Assembly (NCBI GenBank): GCA_964247055.1
Contig: OZ176053.1
Location: 2,790,001-2,854,000 of the forward strand
DNA from: Paragordius varius
Taxonomy: Eukaryota > Animalia > Nematomorpha
Reading direction: 5' to 3'
DNA: 64,000 nucleotides
Shown: positions 23,901 through 38,541 of the stretch, piece by piece
Layout of the letters: each line of letters begins with the position of its first letter
Numbering within the stretch: the first letter of the stretch is position 1
The notes under the pieces: generated by a model
What the model saw: only the letters and a program-made list of their open reading frames with translations
Databases searched by the model: none
What the model was told of the DNA's origin: nothing
Position numbers and translations under genes: made by a program

Positions 23901-26900
23901 CACGGGTGTAAAAACGGTTACTTGGGGCCTACTTACCTGTAAGATTGGTGTTAATCCCTACATTTTACAATCTAAGATGTTACTCCCTCACGAAATTGAT
24001 ATATACTGCGATTTCGTCAAGTATTTTTTTGCCTTTGTCCTTGTGTACCAAGAGTTTAGTTTGCAATCCGAGAATGGGGCATTAAAAACTTTTTTTACCA
24101 TCTACAATGCCATGGCGCACGATAAATGGACAGCTAGTAACAATTGGCACAGCAGTGCAGCAACTATAGTGAAGGATCAAAAAGAATGTTTGGATACGTT
24201 AGTTGGTGTCTTTCTCATGCTTAATCCCGTTTCCTTTTATGAGATATTTTATGGGATGTCGGAATGTTTGATTGAATCAGTCCTCAAGGATAATAATCTC
24301 ATTGTCCTGTTCAATTGTTTCCTGGCCAGTTCAACGACTTCACCACCCTTTACCACAATCCTCATGGATTATTTGTTGGATCATCTCAAGGATATGGGTA
24401 CTGATCGAGCTAAGGGATTACTTTACCTCAAAATTTTTAAGCTTGTGTTCGGTTCAGTTTCATACGTTAATTCCGAAAATGAAATTATACTCAAAATGCA
24501 TTTATCGTACATGGTTAACTCCAGCATACAATATGCATTAGAAACACGGGATCCAACCAATTTTTTCCTTCTACTCCGTTACCTGTTTAGATTTATTGGG
24601 AATGGGACGCACGAGAATTTGTACCAAGAATTTTTACCGATCTTACCGACCCTCCTACAAAACCTAAATCTTTTTTTAAGTTCAGGTAATAATATTAAAA
24701 TTACTTTCCCTACCAATTATGTGGCATACGGTGCTTTAGAAGGTGGTAACATAATAAACTTGTACACTAGTAATAGCAATAGTAATTATAATAATAACCA
24801 TATTGGTGCAAACATTAAAAAGTCTACAGAAGATTCATTGAATAAACACGTAAATGCATCAAATAATACGACAACGGTCTCAATCAGTACCCTTAATTAT
24901 TTGTATGACATTTTCCTTGAATTGTGTTTGACCGTACCGGTTAGGCTTAGCTCTTTACTCCCGCACCTGCCATTGTTGATGGATCCGTTGGTCAAAGCTT
25001 TAAACGGTTATAACTCGTTTCCTTCCTCCTTTGAGTTGGAGGATGGAAATACGCTCAGTATAAACTCATATCCGCAATCCAGCCAATCAGGAGGATGCAT
25101 ATGTGCTACCAATTATAATTTGGTCAGTCAAGGCCTGAGAACCCTGGAGCTATGTGTCGATAATCTCCAACCCGAATTTTTGAGGGAACATTTAGATCCG
25201 GTTAGGGGTTCGCTGGTTCAAAGCCTTTGGCAACTGTTGAACATTAATAGTAACAATAACAATGGTAGTGGTATGGGTGGCAATGTAGGCTCACATCACC
25301 ACTTAGCTACCGGTCAAAATAGCAATACAACATCTTTAAACGGAACTATTAATCAAAATGCACATGTAAATAATGGTTTTAACAATAATAATAATAATGT
25401 TACAACTCCAACGGGAGGACATGGGCGGGATGTCTCCTCTACTTCCAATCTTAATTCTAGCGCCGTTGTAAATCCTTTGATTGATACGGTCATTCCACAT
25501 ACTTCTTTTCGTCTGCTGGGTAAATTTGGTAGTTCCAACCGATCATTCTTTAAGCATCAGATGCTATCGTATGACATTGCCGACGGGCGTAAATACATGA
25601 TTGGTCTAGAATTTGTCGAAGGTGTTGTAATTGAAATCCCAATCGATGCCATGATTGATATTGCCTTCCAAACTCTCAACAAACTTACGGCACATTGTGA
25701 TGAGTTACGAGCTGCTTGGAGCATTGTACACACCTTTTTATCCATAAACATATCCATTGATTATGACAGTGAATCCTCATTATGTCAAATATTGACTCAT
25801 TCACATTATACCACTGGAGAAATCAATGCCGCTGCTGTATTTAACTTTAATGCAACTTCATTTGTCAAACTTGATACAGTTAAGCGAACTCACCGGCTCG
25901 CTCTAGCCTCATTATTCTTGGGTTCGGCCATTAAAGAGTTACATTCTGAAGTTATGCCAACACTTATAAATATAGTTAATCATTATGCCTTGTACGCTGT
26001 ATCACGGCAAGCTGGTCCTCTAAATACAAAATCTTTTTCTTGCAATGTTAATAATTTGGATGATATTAATGATGAATACAATCAGGCTGGAACATGGGAG
26101 GTCCTGGTTGAGGCTTTGGTAGATTTAATTTTGGGTCACGCCGACAAAGAACTCTGTAAAACGGCTATCAAAGGTTTACTCCGGATCATGCATGCTTGTC
26201 AAACAGTTTTGGGTTCAATGGAACGCGTTTTCCGCTTACCACTTTTGCGGTATGTTTCTGAACGAATCGTTAAATTGTGTTACGCATCTCCTTGGTTCCG
26301 TAAGTATGGTGGTTGTATCGGCATAAATTTTTTGGTCATAAAGTGTCCCCAATTTTGGTTTGAGGCACATCACCTTGAGTATATGCGAGCACTCTTTTTC
26401 GTGCTAATGGACCTCACCAATGATGTTTCGAATGGGACAGTTGCATTAGCCAAATCTGCCATGAAAAAACTGGTGAATATCTGTCTTTCTTACCACCAAA
26501 CAAAAGGGAATGCGGAGAATGACTTAACAACGGAAAATACGTGTTTAGCCTTAATGACGAAAGAATTTATCACTCGACTTGCTTCACCTATCAAATTAGT
26601 GCGTGACGAAGTTATGGATCGTTTAAGACAAATTGCAAGTCATCAAAAACAAAGCCTAAATCAAATTATGAGGCCATACGACTACCTCATCTACGATCAA
26701 ATCCCACCCAAAAAACATTTACTCCGTCATCAATCAGTCAATTCACAATTTGGGTTAATGGATGCCATCATATTTTGTTCAGAAATTAAATTTGAAAACA
26801 AAAATGATAATAAACCTGATAATGATAACGATAATATTACTGAGACTCAAATCAACAATTCTTCCGTTTCCGAATCGTTAGGACCCATATTTACCCTGGA

Positions 26901-29900
26901 TTTGAATTTGATTGAACATAGGGTATTTTTTACCGAACTTATTTCCCTGTGCGAAGCTGAAGAAAATTTATTGTTACGTCTCCCGTGTTACAAAAATTTA
27001 AATAATGACATAACTGAGTTAAAATGTAGTGCCCTGAAAGCCTTGGTATCTTTCCACTATCTCACCCAATATCACGATAAGATATTTACCATTCTGTTCA
27101 AAAGTTTGAATGGATCTAATTCTGATATTCAGCACGTTGCATTTGAATGCCTTATGGTTTTTGTCCGTTCTCATACGGTAGATATGGAGGTTGTACATCA
27201 ATCGATCCGTAACTTATTACTCATGTTGGGTGATCATAGAAATTTAACACCCGCCTTTTTAACTCGGCTACTGTACTATGCACGTCTCTTTCCCAATACG
27301 TTCAATGAAAAATTTTGTGAACACTTGTTAACGCACATGATAACTTTGCTTAAAGTGTTGTCCACGAAATCGGGTATTAAAACGCATGCACATGAACTTA
27401 AGGTATGTTGCGAAATACTTAAAATATTTAAGGCATTGCCTTTAGCATCAATCCACGTAATTGATTCCATGTGTACTCAATTGTTGGCCCTTGATCCAAT
27501 ATTTTTGAGGGAGATATGGGTGTTCCTACAAACAGATCTAAGACAAATGCTTGAATGTTCGCCCGAGAACACTTGCAAATACTTTTTTAGGGCTATCAAA
27601 TCAGGATCTCCTGAAAATGCTACGTCTTTGTTCATAAAATTACTGAAGAATGATAATAACAACAATGGTATAAATACCAACAACACTTCTAGTTTAGCAC
27701 TAATCCAACATCTTACTCATAATATGTCCACATATTTTGAGGATATTCTTCAATTTATCTCAAACAATGGTGACATTAATAAATCTTCGCCTTCACCAGC
27801 AGTTGACGATGTGACAAAATCATTCGTACCCGAAATGTTTGTGCTAAAACACCCGGAAATCCATGTATTAAATTGTATAATTAAAATTTTGTATGTGATA
27901 ACCAATAGCACAGAGACAGTTGATCTAACAGACACTCTTTTATCAAGCTTGATCCAAGTGTGGGAAAATGCTTGCCCTACTGATCCTACTATATTTTATG
28001 TAGATCACACTTTGTGGGATATGCCCAAACAATTTTGGAACATTTTATTGCGTTTCGTTTTTCAGCACATCGATGATCAAAAGGGGAAACTCTTTAATAT
28101 TTTTAACCTTTTTGCACTGCATCACGAATTCGATAATGATTTCAAAGATAATTGGCTTAAAAAAATTCAAGGGCTATCTAACGAACAAAGAATTTCCATT
28201 TTCACATTTTTTATTCATGACGTTTTTAAGAATAGATACATTAATGGGACCACATACCCCATGTTTTCAGAAAGTGTTATAGCCCATATCATCATCGTTT
28301 TTATCTTACCAATGTTAGAAGATGCAATTGAGGATGTAACGTTTGCCAGCTTGCTATTCAAAGAAAGTGTTAATACTGCCTTTTCGCCTTCTACTATGCA
28401 AGTTAGTAGTGAAATCTTAACTACTGCTTTTGATGCGTTTATTGATATTTGTGTTAATCCTACATCGGAAGAATTAAGAATCCAAAAATCTGGAACGAAT
28501 TCTTCCACTGGCAGTGTAGTGTCAGCAAAGGGTGGCCAAACTAATCTTCAACCTATCCGTAACAATGAACTCAAGATTTGTGTATTTAAGCTTGCCATTT
28601 TATTCATAAAACATTTTAATTCCTCTCCGACTATGGAGTGTACAACGATTATGACTCCGTCGACATGTAGTGCTCCATCCCTAGATCAACAATCCCCCTT
28701 GCCCAATTTATTGGCATTTTCACCCTCATCAAATATGACACCAGTTATTTCGTCTTCATCAACGCTAAATTTAGCATCTCCAATAATTTCCACTACTGCC
28801 TCACTTAATCCGCAAACTCCGACAAACTCTGGAGCTTTAACAAGTATTACAACATCCCCCAATCGCAAACAAAGCATTATGTTACGCAAATTGATTACTT
28901 TTGCATGGCCATGCATACAAACATCGAACAACAATAATAGTACAATAACTCACACAGGCACGTCAACTCCGTCCCAACAAACAACACCAAACATTATAGA
29001 TCCATCGGTTAAATATCATGGACATTTGTTATTGGCACATATCATTGAAAAATTTAGTATACATAAACGGATAGTTATACAGGTACTCCATTCTCTACTA
29101 AAGGCATCAGGGAGCGAAGCAAAAACCATCGTTAAAAAAGCGTTGGAAGTTTTGATTCGAGCGCTACATCAACCCGATAGCAGGGTAGAAAATGGGCCAT
29201 CACTCCTAACTTACTGGACAAAAAAAATTATGATTGAAGAGGGACATACCCTGAATCAACTTGCACACATTTTACAAGCTATTCATTTGACACAAGATGT
29301 GTTCTACGATATCCGCCATTCATTAATCCATCTCATCTTGGGTGCTATGGCAAAGCTTGGCTTCAGTGCCAACAATGTCACAAATGAAAACAAAAAATTG
29401 GTTGTGGAACTTTGTGAGGATATTATTGTGTGGGAAATGCGAGCACTAACTACCCCCACTCCTGGCCCAGCAAAGCATGAGACGACCAATGAGGCACTTG
29501 ATAATACGGCAAAAATTGAAAGTCACCAAGACAATAATACTGAGGGTATAACTAGCAATCCATTATTATCAAAACCATTAGGTGCCCTCATAGGTGAAAG
29601 CATTATCAATTTTTTGATACGATTAGCAAGCCCTGTCATAGATATAACATCGCCGCCCTCATCTTCTGCTACTACGTCAGGCTCGAGCACTTCCGGTTCA
29701 ACGGGATCAGCTGCTGCTAGTTCTCAACAACAAAGTTATGGAATAACTGCATTAACTGGTGCCACCGATTTAGTGCACACTAAATGCTATACTTTGCTCA
29801 AGCTTGCACTCGCCCTAAACAATTGGACCGATTACGGTAAAACGACGCAACAACAGCTAAAGCTTACGTGGTTAGATAAAATTTTTAATCTCCTTGATGG

Positions 29901-32900
29901 GATACTCAATTTCACACAAAGCTTTATTGTGGTAGGACCGATAGCTCTTAAAGGAGCTACTTCCACGTCAAATAATACAACTACCAATCCTAATCTTAAT
30001 AATAATAATAATATGACTACAGCCGTTCCTCAAACCCAACAAAATGTAAATTTTAATGCTCAACAGGTTCAACAAATTCGTATGAATATCAACGCCCTTA
30101 TATATTTTGGTGAAGTTTTGGTATCCTGTCATGTCCTTGAAAATTTGTCGCGACCAAAAACTGACAATGATAAGACGCAAACGTTTGACAAAAGTCAGGA
30201 TGGTTTGATACGGTACAATGCTATGTTGGATGACCATTTGTCACTTAAACAAATAATTAAGGTTTTTTACTTTTATTACGGTGTATATCTAAATACTCAT
30301 AGTGGCCCTTTTACATATTACAATAAAAATAAATAATCAACTGTAAAAATTACATAATTAGATAAAATGATAAGATGTTTGTATGTTAATTATTTTTTTG
30401 GCTATATAAATGCCTATTTATGCCGCAATCATAATTTAACAAATGATTAATATGAAAAAATTGCGTTTTTTTGATAAACACATTTATATTAAAATACCAA
30501 ACATTTTTTAGTTATTAATATTTTACAATATTTCGAAAAAAGTATATTTTGTAAAAAAATTAAATATTTTTAAAAGGCTTAAAATATTTGTTTCATTTTT
30601 ATTTGAAATGAGTTAAAAAGGATTAATCCCTTCAATCATTTAATACAAGTTATTAATCAATTTCAATACCTATTTTATCGTCTCTGAGATCTTAAAACAT
30701 AAAATATTTAATAATTGGCATGCATGCATATATATACAGTATGAGTAAGTATACATTGCTAGAAAGTTATTAATTATTGTCAAACAAAAGGAAGTATTAT
30801 TCGCTTATAGTATTTCACTTTTTCTATTATTAAGCAATAATACTGCCCTATGTTGTATTTACTATTTGGCAATAAGTAATAACTTTCTTGCAATGTATAC
30901 TTACTCATACTATATATGTATATATTTCATTTATAGGTTTTATCTTGTTTGTTGTCATACTCGTTACCAAAAATTAGTACGCTCAACAATCTAATATCTG
31001 CTGGCACAGGCCTCGAATCTGAAAATTTAAACCTTTGGCCCGATCATGATTTTTTGGTCATTAGGATATTTGGTAGGCGACTTTTTGCATGTGTTCAATC
31101 GTTGTTAGCTCAATTACTGCAATTTGCCCCCATTATGTATGCGGGGATTGGTTTTCTTGACAGAAGCAGTTCTTACCCTCAAGGAACCATACATTGTTAT
31201 TCAAAGGAGTTGGAAAATTTTTATCACAATCTTACTGCCCTGATTGGGGAACACTTGGGCGCATTGGAAAAGGCTGTTTCTGGCAATCAGTTAACACCCT
31301 TTTTACATCACATACTTTGTCTCCTAAGGTTGTGTTCCACTGATCATACCATATACATTGATAGGTATATCCCATCACTTATGAAAATTTTGCAGAAGCT
31401 GGTTAAAGATCACATTTTAGCATCTTGCAATAATTTGAACAATGGACAACAGTCTGCAATCAACAACAATACAAATAACAATGTAAACGATTATGATAAC
31501 TCCAACATCAACAACGGCAACAAAGAATACATTCCATCTGATGTTAAGCCCAGGGATTGTATCATACAATGTCTCATGTTACTCAAATCTCGATTAGGTA
31601 TCCTGAACAATGAGATGCGAAAAAATTACATTGGTAACATACTCATTGGGCTGATTGAAAAATCGACGGATATTGAACTCCTTATTCACATCATCGATAT
31701 TATAAAGGAGTGGATAAAATTGCCATCATCGCCTGTCCCACCTCGTTCAACTTTTACGAGCCCTATTTCAGCCATTAAAAATGCATTACCTGGTTATGTA
31801 CCGCCCCCAAGCCATAGTACTTCACCAGGTTTCAATTCACCTTCCATGCGTGAAAAAACGATTATTCTCGTTAAGCTTACACACAGTTTAGAAAAACGAT
31901 TTATACATGATAACAATAGCAATAACACTAATAATGCTAATATCCAAACCTTGAGATACAAATATTTGAATCTCATGGCCATGGTTTATCAGGAGCCTGA
32001 TTTGATTGGAACCGATTTGGTAGCCAAGTTGGAGACGGCTTTCTTTTCAGGCCTAAAGCATTGTGATCCTGGCATACGGCAAAAATTTATGGATTACATG
32101 AATCAAAATATCAAGAGGACCATATATGATCGTTTATTGTACATTGTTGCTAGTCAAAACTGGGAACCTATGGGAAACTATTATTGGGTTAATCAATGCA
32201 TACAATTACTTATTTTTTTAGCTAAAAAGGATGCCAAGTTGCGTAATATGTCACCTACGCTCATGGTTCCTAGCATATCAAAAATTATGTATAAAGGGAA
32301 ATATGCCTCTGAATTACATACTAAAGGCACGGAACAGGGTTTACTCAAAAATTTAGGCGATCTTACCTTGAGCCCATTCGATCTTAATGCACATCAAGAA
32401 AAAAATAATGATGATAATGATAATCACTTAACTTTGAATTTAAATACGGAAAATGGACAAAACGTTTCAAGTCTTTCCTCATATTCAGATTATATGACGA
32501 CCCCTGATCTAGAAACCGATTTAGACTCTCTGGTGGTAGATATGATAGCTTCGGATGGGGTCGAAGTAATAGGATCATCTAATTTGATTGCTGAACAGAT
32601 GGTAAGTGACGATCATAATAATTATAATAATAAGGATACCATTTCAGTAACGCAACAAAAATTGTTGAAATTAATAGCTAAAGAAGTTGCATTTATAGAG
32701 GAAATTAAACGGGGTGACTCTCTTAAACAAGCGCCATTGGTTGATGCTATAGTACTCTTTGCTTATCAATCCCAAAAGTTATGTGAACATTTATGGATCC
32801 AATTGATACCACAGTTTTGGAACATACTTAACATCCTGCAAAAACGGGCCATGGCCCAAGAATTTCAATTATTTTTCTTGAGCGGGTGCCATGTGTTTCA

Positions 32901-35900
32901 AAAAGATTGCCATCCTAGCGTAGTTCACACCTTTTTCAAAGCCTTTTACCAATGTGACACGCACAGGGTTAGATTTGAACCATCCATCATTAAGTATTTG
33001 GCTAAAGCTCATAACATTTGGTATCCGGTCCTACTTCAATTGGAACACATGAATGATAATTACAATGCTTTAATTGATGTTCAGCAACATCAACAACAAC
33101 CTGCTTGGGATGATGTTGTAAAAAATCGAAGCCAAACACTCGTTAAAAGACTCAATGAGCTGGAGGAAAGCCAGCGTACAGACAATGAGCTCGTGATCGA
33201 TATAGATTCTTTGCGCCCACTGTCACACAAACAAGAAATCCATGATACACTTTCAAGCTTGTACACAATGTTAGGGGAAACGGATATGGTTTATTCACTT
33301 TGGTCCCACTCCAGCAAACATCCTAAAACGGCTAGAGCCCTTATGCACGAATTATGGTACAATCATTTAGATGCCCTGGAACAATGGGAAGATTTGATGA
33401 CGGAAACGGTGGAAAAATGGGAACAAAACACAAACAACCAGCAGACTGAAGCGGTTGACGACAATAATATACATATCATGGATAATGATTCGGAATTTAA
33501 GCTTTGGGAAACGCATTGGATTCAATGTATGAAAGAACTTGATAAATGGGAAACGTTGGAATGTTTTGCATCTAGTCATGATCATGACATGACTGCCAAT
33601 GTCCACACTGAAAATGTAAATGAAACCTCAATTACATCAGGAGGAAGTGATACTCAATATCGTCCCCAACTCGTGCTAGATTGTGCCTGGAAATGGGCCG
33701 ATTGGAATGCCATGAAGGAAGCCCTAACGGCCGTACAAAAAAGTTGTCCGCGTGAATTGGCTTGGAAAGTTAATTTGTGTGCCGGTTATTTAGCACTTTC
33801 ACAGTCCGATGAACACCACCTCGCTATGATGGATAGGATAGTTGAAATAACTACAGGCTTAGCTGTGCGAGAATGGAAACGTTTACCCCACAATGTTATA
33901 TCCGTAGGGGCCCACGGGACTCTGTTAAAGGCAACCCAAAAGGTGGTCGAACTCCAAGAAGCTACACAACTACGTATCTCATTGCTGTACAATCAACAAC
34001 AATTACAACAAAGCCATAATATGTTGTTAACTGGTTACGGTAGTAACAATATGAGCCCACCCTATAAAAGTAAGTTGATACGTTTTTTTATATTTATCGG
34101 ATATTAACTGATTTCCCTTTAATGGAATAAACAATACCGTTTTATCCACAAATTTTAAATCTTATTACGAGGGATGTCCAACTGTCCAACACTGGCTTCG
34201 TGTAACAATGAATCCAACGAAATCACATTCAAAAAATACATGGCAATAATTATATTTATTTAGATTTCCTAATGTAACACCAAAAAAATTACGATCGTTT
34301 CATCAATTTTGGCTAGTTTGTTGTTAAAATTAAACACTAGAAACCAAATTTTTTTAAAATTATGATTTCAATTTGGTAATTTTTAAATTTTTCGTCTGCC
34401 GTACAAAATATCTCGGAGAGGGCTGCGTGTTGGACATCCCCCTGTTTTAAACCAAAAACTTTATATGTAATTTCCAAACGGTATGTCAAAAATATTAAAA
34501 TTTTCCTATCTCTTAAATTAGATACTACGGGGTTAAATTCAGAACTTGGATCTTCTTCATCTGAAACGCTGGCCGCTCATCAAAGTTTAATGTCACAAGG
34601 GAGTGGTGGTGGGAGCAGTAACACAAGCCTACCAGTCAATTTTATGGAGCTTAGGTCCATAGTTAAAACCTGGAAAAATCGGGTCCCATTGATTTCCGAT
34701 GACTTTTCTTACTGGCACGATATATTTTCTTGGAGACAACAACAATTCAATTACATGATAACTATGTTTGATACTTCGACGGCTGCTGTTAACGGAAGCA
34801 GTAATAATAATAATTTGAATAATAATTTGAATATGATGGGTGATAGTAGTGTGTTAGGACCAGGTGCAAGTACAAACAATAATCCTTTGCTTATTTCTAC
34901 GCATTCCTTGGCCCAAAGTTATCTTCATTTGGCCACGGTGTGCAGGAAACAACGTAAACCCCGTATTGCTCTGGAAGTGTTGAATAAATTGATCATACCA
35001 AGCGGCAATAACAACATAAATAATAATGTAATCGTTACTGATTGTTTTAGGAAAATCAAACAAACCCTCAAGTGTTACCTTGAACTCTATTACATGGATT
35101 ATTTACAGCAAAAAACGTATGGAGATATGGAGGACCATCCACTAGATCAATTACAATTGTTTGATGCCACCATCCATAAAATGTTGACCAAAGAAATGTT
35201 GTCTGAAATTTTTGCGCTCAAGGGTTACGCCTACACCCTACAAAACAGTAGTTATGATGAAGCGGAACGAGCTTTTTCAGCAGCCATACAATTCTCGGAT
35301 ACTCACTTTAAATCTTGGGGGATTTGGGGTGAGGCGTTGGCCGCACACTTTTGGCAACGCTTAGATTTCAACAATTATCAGCAGAATAAAGAGGTTCGTG
35401 ACCGAATAGCACAGGCCGCCAATCAAGAGCCTACGACGACGACGACAAATCCTGCTAACACCTTATCTTCACATAACAATAATGATACTGATAATGATGA
35501 GGATGAAGATGTGCTTTCATGTCACCCAAGGTTACCCTATAACTTTAACATTGCTAAATCGGCCATAAATGCTCTGTTACAAGCCTGTAGATATTCCAAC
35601 GAAACGAAAGTTAATCGTTATTTGGCACACATTTTATCACTCCTCAAGTACGATGATGATAAATGCACACTGGCTGAAACGGTCGATAAATACTTGACAA
35701 TTATTCCATCGTATCATTGGTTACCCTGGATCCCACAACTTTTGATGAGTCTTGAACGTAAGGAAGACAGTTCGTCCGGGAAATATATTATGAATATAAT
35801 TACACATTTTGGACGCACCTATCCACAAGCCATATTTTTCCCAGTTCGAACTTCATTCCTATCCCTTAAGATGGAGTATAAAGAAAACAATTTTAGTGCA

Positions 35901-38408
35901 TCCATATCTTCTGGTGGTGACGCAGCAATAGCCTCTACAATTAATACCGAAATTGCTAAATCCTCATTTACTATTGCAACAACAACATCATCATCACTCC
36001 TCGACAATAAAAGTAGTATCCCTCAATCATTACAGGGTGATAAATTATCATCAGATAATGTTCTAATCTCGTCTACGTATTCCTTTTCCTCCGAATCATT
36101 GAATCGAATCATAGATGCAGCACCTAATACACCATTTATGGTTTCTGCTGTAAGTCCTCCGACTATTTCAATAACCTCATCCGCATCTCTTCCAGAAGCT
36201 TCGGCACCAGATGGGGAATTCAAGGAGGATACAAGAGAAACCAACAATCTTTCAACTACTACCACTGCAACAGATTCATTTGTATCATGTTCTGCTACAA
36301 GTACCAATGAAAGTTTTGCCTTACATACTCAAGCTCCTCCAACTATTGCGGAAAAATCTATTTTGTCTTCCTCTAACATTTCCACCAATGTCACAAATTC
36401 ACCCATATATTGGTGTCGAAGGATTTTACATGTGTTGCGAGAGTTACATCCAACCACCCTATATACACTGGAGGGATTGGTCGATCAACTTATATGGTTT
36501 AGGGAAACTTGGTTTGAGGAACTCCTACAATATTTGAAGCAATTACTTGTTAAAAGTTACATTGTATTGTTTCATATACTAAAGTTGTATGGTACTAATT
36601 ACTGTCGTATCAAAGGTGATGATACACACATTGTCACACAAGACAACATTGTTATGATTCCGTATGGTGAATGTACCGTTGATTCCGACTTGAATCCTAT
36701 CCTTTCTTACATAACTAGCATAATGACAAAACTATTGACGACCTTTGAATCTGGCATTGAAAATTTAGCCAGTCTCCCTAATAAAATGTCAAATTCTTCG
36801 ACGGAAACCTCAATAAAACGGGCGCAGGCAACACTCAAAGATCCGGAATACATGACACTAAAATCCAAATTTTCGCAAGATTTTGGATTTGTAACAAGTA
36901 AACCCGGGCTTGAATTAGCCAACGTTAATCTGCTAACTGTACGTCTTAAGGAATGGATATCATTACTTGAGCGTAAGATTAAACGTGACCTCCCCAACAC
37001 ATATTACATGGATGATAAATGTTCACTCCTTAATAATTGGCTTCTTAACGATGTGGAAATCGAGTTACCAGGCCAAATCAAGTATTCCAAACCATCACAG
37101 TACAGTGTTAAAATATGTAAGTTTTTACCAACCATAACCGTAGATGATAAATCCTCATCTCAATCGTGCCGTAAAATAAGTGTACGTGGTAGTGATGGTC
37201 GTTTATACAGTTATTTAGTGCTAAATGATAATTTGTTTCTTTCCCCGTATCATTCGTATGCCATAAAGCCTTGGGAAAAACGCAATTCATCGCATTTGAG
37301 GACCGCCACAAGTCAATTGTTTCGACACGTGAATGGATTGTTTTCCAAAATTCCAGAGTGTGCCAAACGACAAATGGCTTTCAAACTTTCACGCATGGTA
37401 ACTATATCACCCCATATGACATTGGTGGAAACGGATGATACCCTGATATCTATCATGGATATTTACGATAATTATTATCAGGGCTTGATTGAAAAAATGG
37501 GTAGTGTTTCAGATCCTACTTGCACCGCTAACAAAAATCAAAAAATGAATGTTTGTGTTGAGAATGCGCTTTCTCAATATTATAACCGTTTTTTTGATAA
37601 AATGGAAAGCTTGCATGAAAGGGAATCGCTTCAAGCACTTCTCAATGAGTCATACCATGAAGTTTACAAGGATCATTTCGCGTCTTCCGACAAATTATTA
37701 CTGACATGGGCTCAAAAAACTTACATAAATTCTGGTGATTTTTGGCAATTCCGTAAATCTTTTGCCATAGATTACGCTTCTCTTTCTGGATTTTCTTCTG
37801 TATTTGCTCTTTTCCCTATTGGTCTGGAGCAAAATATATTGTGCTTGAATAAGTTAGCTTGTGTGGGTGTACCCTTTTCATCCCAAATTGATATTGCCCA
37901 ATTATTGGGTAAAGCTATGAATGAAAATGCTCAACCGGACACATTTAATCTGATTCGATTAACGCCAAACTTAAGTCAATTTTTAAGCGGTACCATCCGT
38001 GGCCCATATTTCCAAGCAATGAAAGCCATGGTGCGAGCTCTTTTTGACCGAAAACACAAACTTGATGTATTTCTCCGAGCTTTTTTCAACGATTTACCCT
38101 ACTTGAACTTGAATGTGGCAGCCATTAAAGATGAAACCGAATCCAATGTACAAGATATGGCCATGGATCCAGAAATTAATGGTGTTGCACAATCCTTGGA
38201 TGATTTGGTACAAAGACAGTCTGACATAAATCTCATAACGTTTACGGAAACTATGAATCTTATCCTTAAAGCCATTACCCATTCACTTAGACACATGTCA
38301 CCCTATCATGATGATATTAGAGCTGATGCCTTATATAAAATTGTGGAAGAATCTAGACACATCACAAACATTACCCAAATAAATCCACTCTTCTATCCAT
38401 GGATCTAA
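20915..38408 (+). CDS. TRRAP: Transformation/transcription domain-associated protein (TRRAP/Tra1/Nipped-A), PIKK-family pseudokinase, 5002 aa predicted
   Basis: Exons 20915-22011, 22652-22859, 23578-30261, 30937-34069, 34522-38408 (15009 nt; all introns GT-AG with matching phases). Hallmark motifs: SLKVLSELPIIVV, ELCLTVPVRLSSLLP, LVSQGLRTLELCVDNL, PPKKHLLRHQ, KYHGHLLLAHII, YWTKKIMIEEGH, QNWEPMGNYYW, WIPQLL, WFRETWFEELL, RLTPNLSQFL, FATC end INPLFYPWI*. Confidence 0.95.
30737..30912. mobile_element. MITE family A, in TRRAP intron 3
   Basis: TIRs of about 45 bp (CAGTATGAGTAAGTATACATTGCTAGAAAGTTATT...), flanked by TA. Confidence 0.9.
34168..34444. mobile_element. Buster-type hAT MITE, in TRRAP intron 4
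   Basis: GAGGGATGTCCAAC ... GTTGGACATCCCCCTG inverted ends; a related end lies at 50083. Confidence 0.65.
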
Positions 38409-38497
38409 TAATTTATCATGCATTAGTTACATATATTTATTTTTATTGTAGTATATTTAAATTTATTATACCTTACAATTTGTATTTAGATTATTCT

Positions 38498-38501
<4 letters not shown>

Positions 38502-38537
<36 letters not shown>
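38502..38537. repeat. (TA)18 microsatellite between the TRRAP and SRP72 3' ends
   Basis: Pure TA run. Confidence 0.95.

Positions 38538-38541
<4 letters not shown>

Noticed and set aside
24688-24900. TRRAP Asn-rich insert as a cryptic intron starting at GTAATA
   Set aside because: The AG nearest the end of the insert (about 24887) is in the wrong phase for this donor, and the frame is open throughout, so it was kept as coding pending cDNA.
21790-38296. Many 60-110 aa antisense or alternate-frame ORFs overlapping TRRAP
   Set aside because: Shadow ORFs of a long coding region; their Val/Leu-rich text is the reverse complement of Asn/Thr/Ser codons, with no recognisable motifs.
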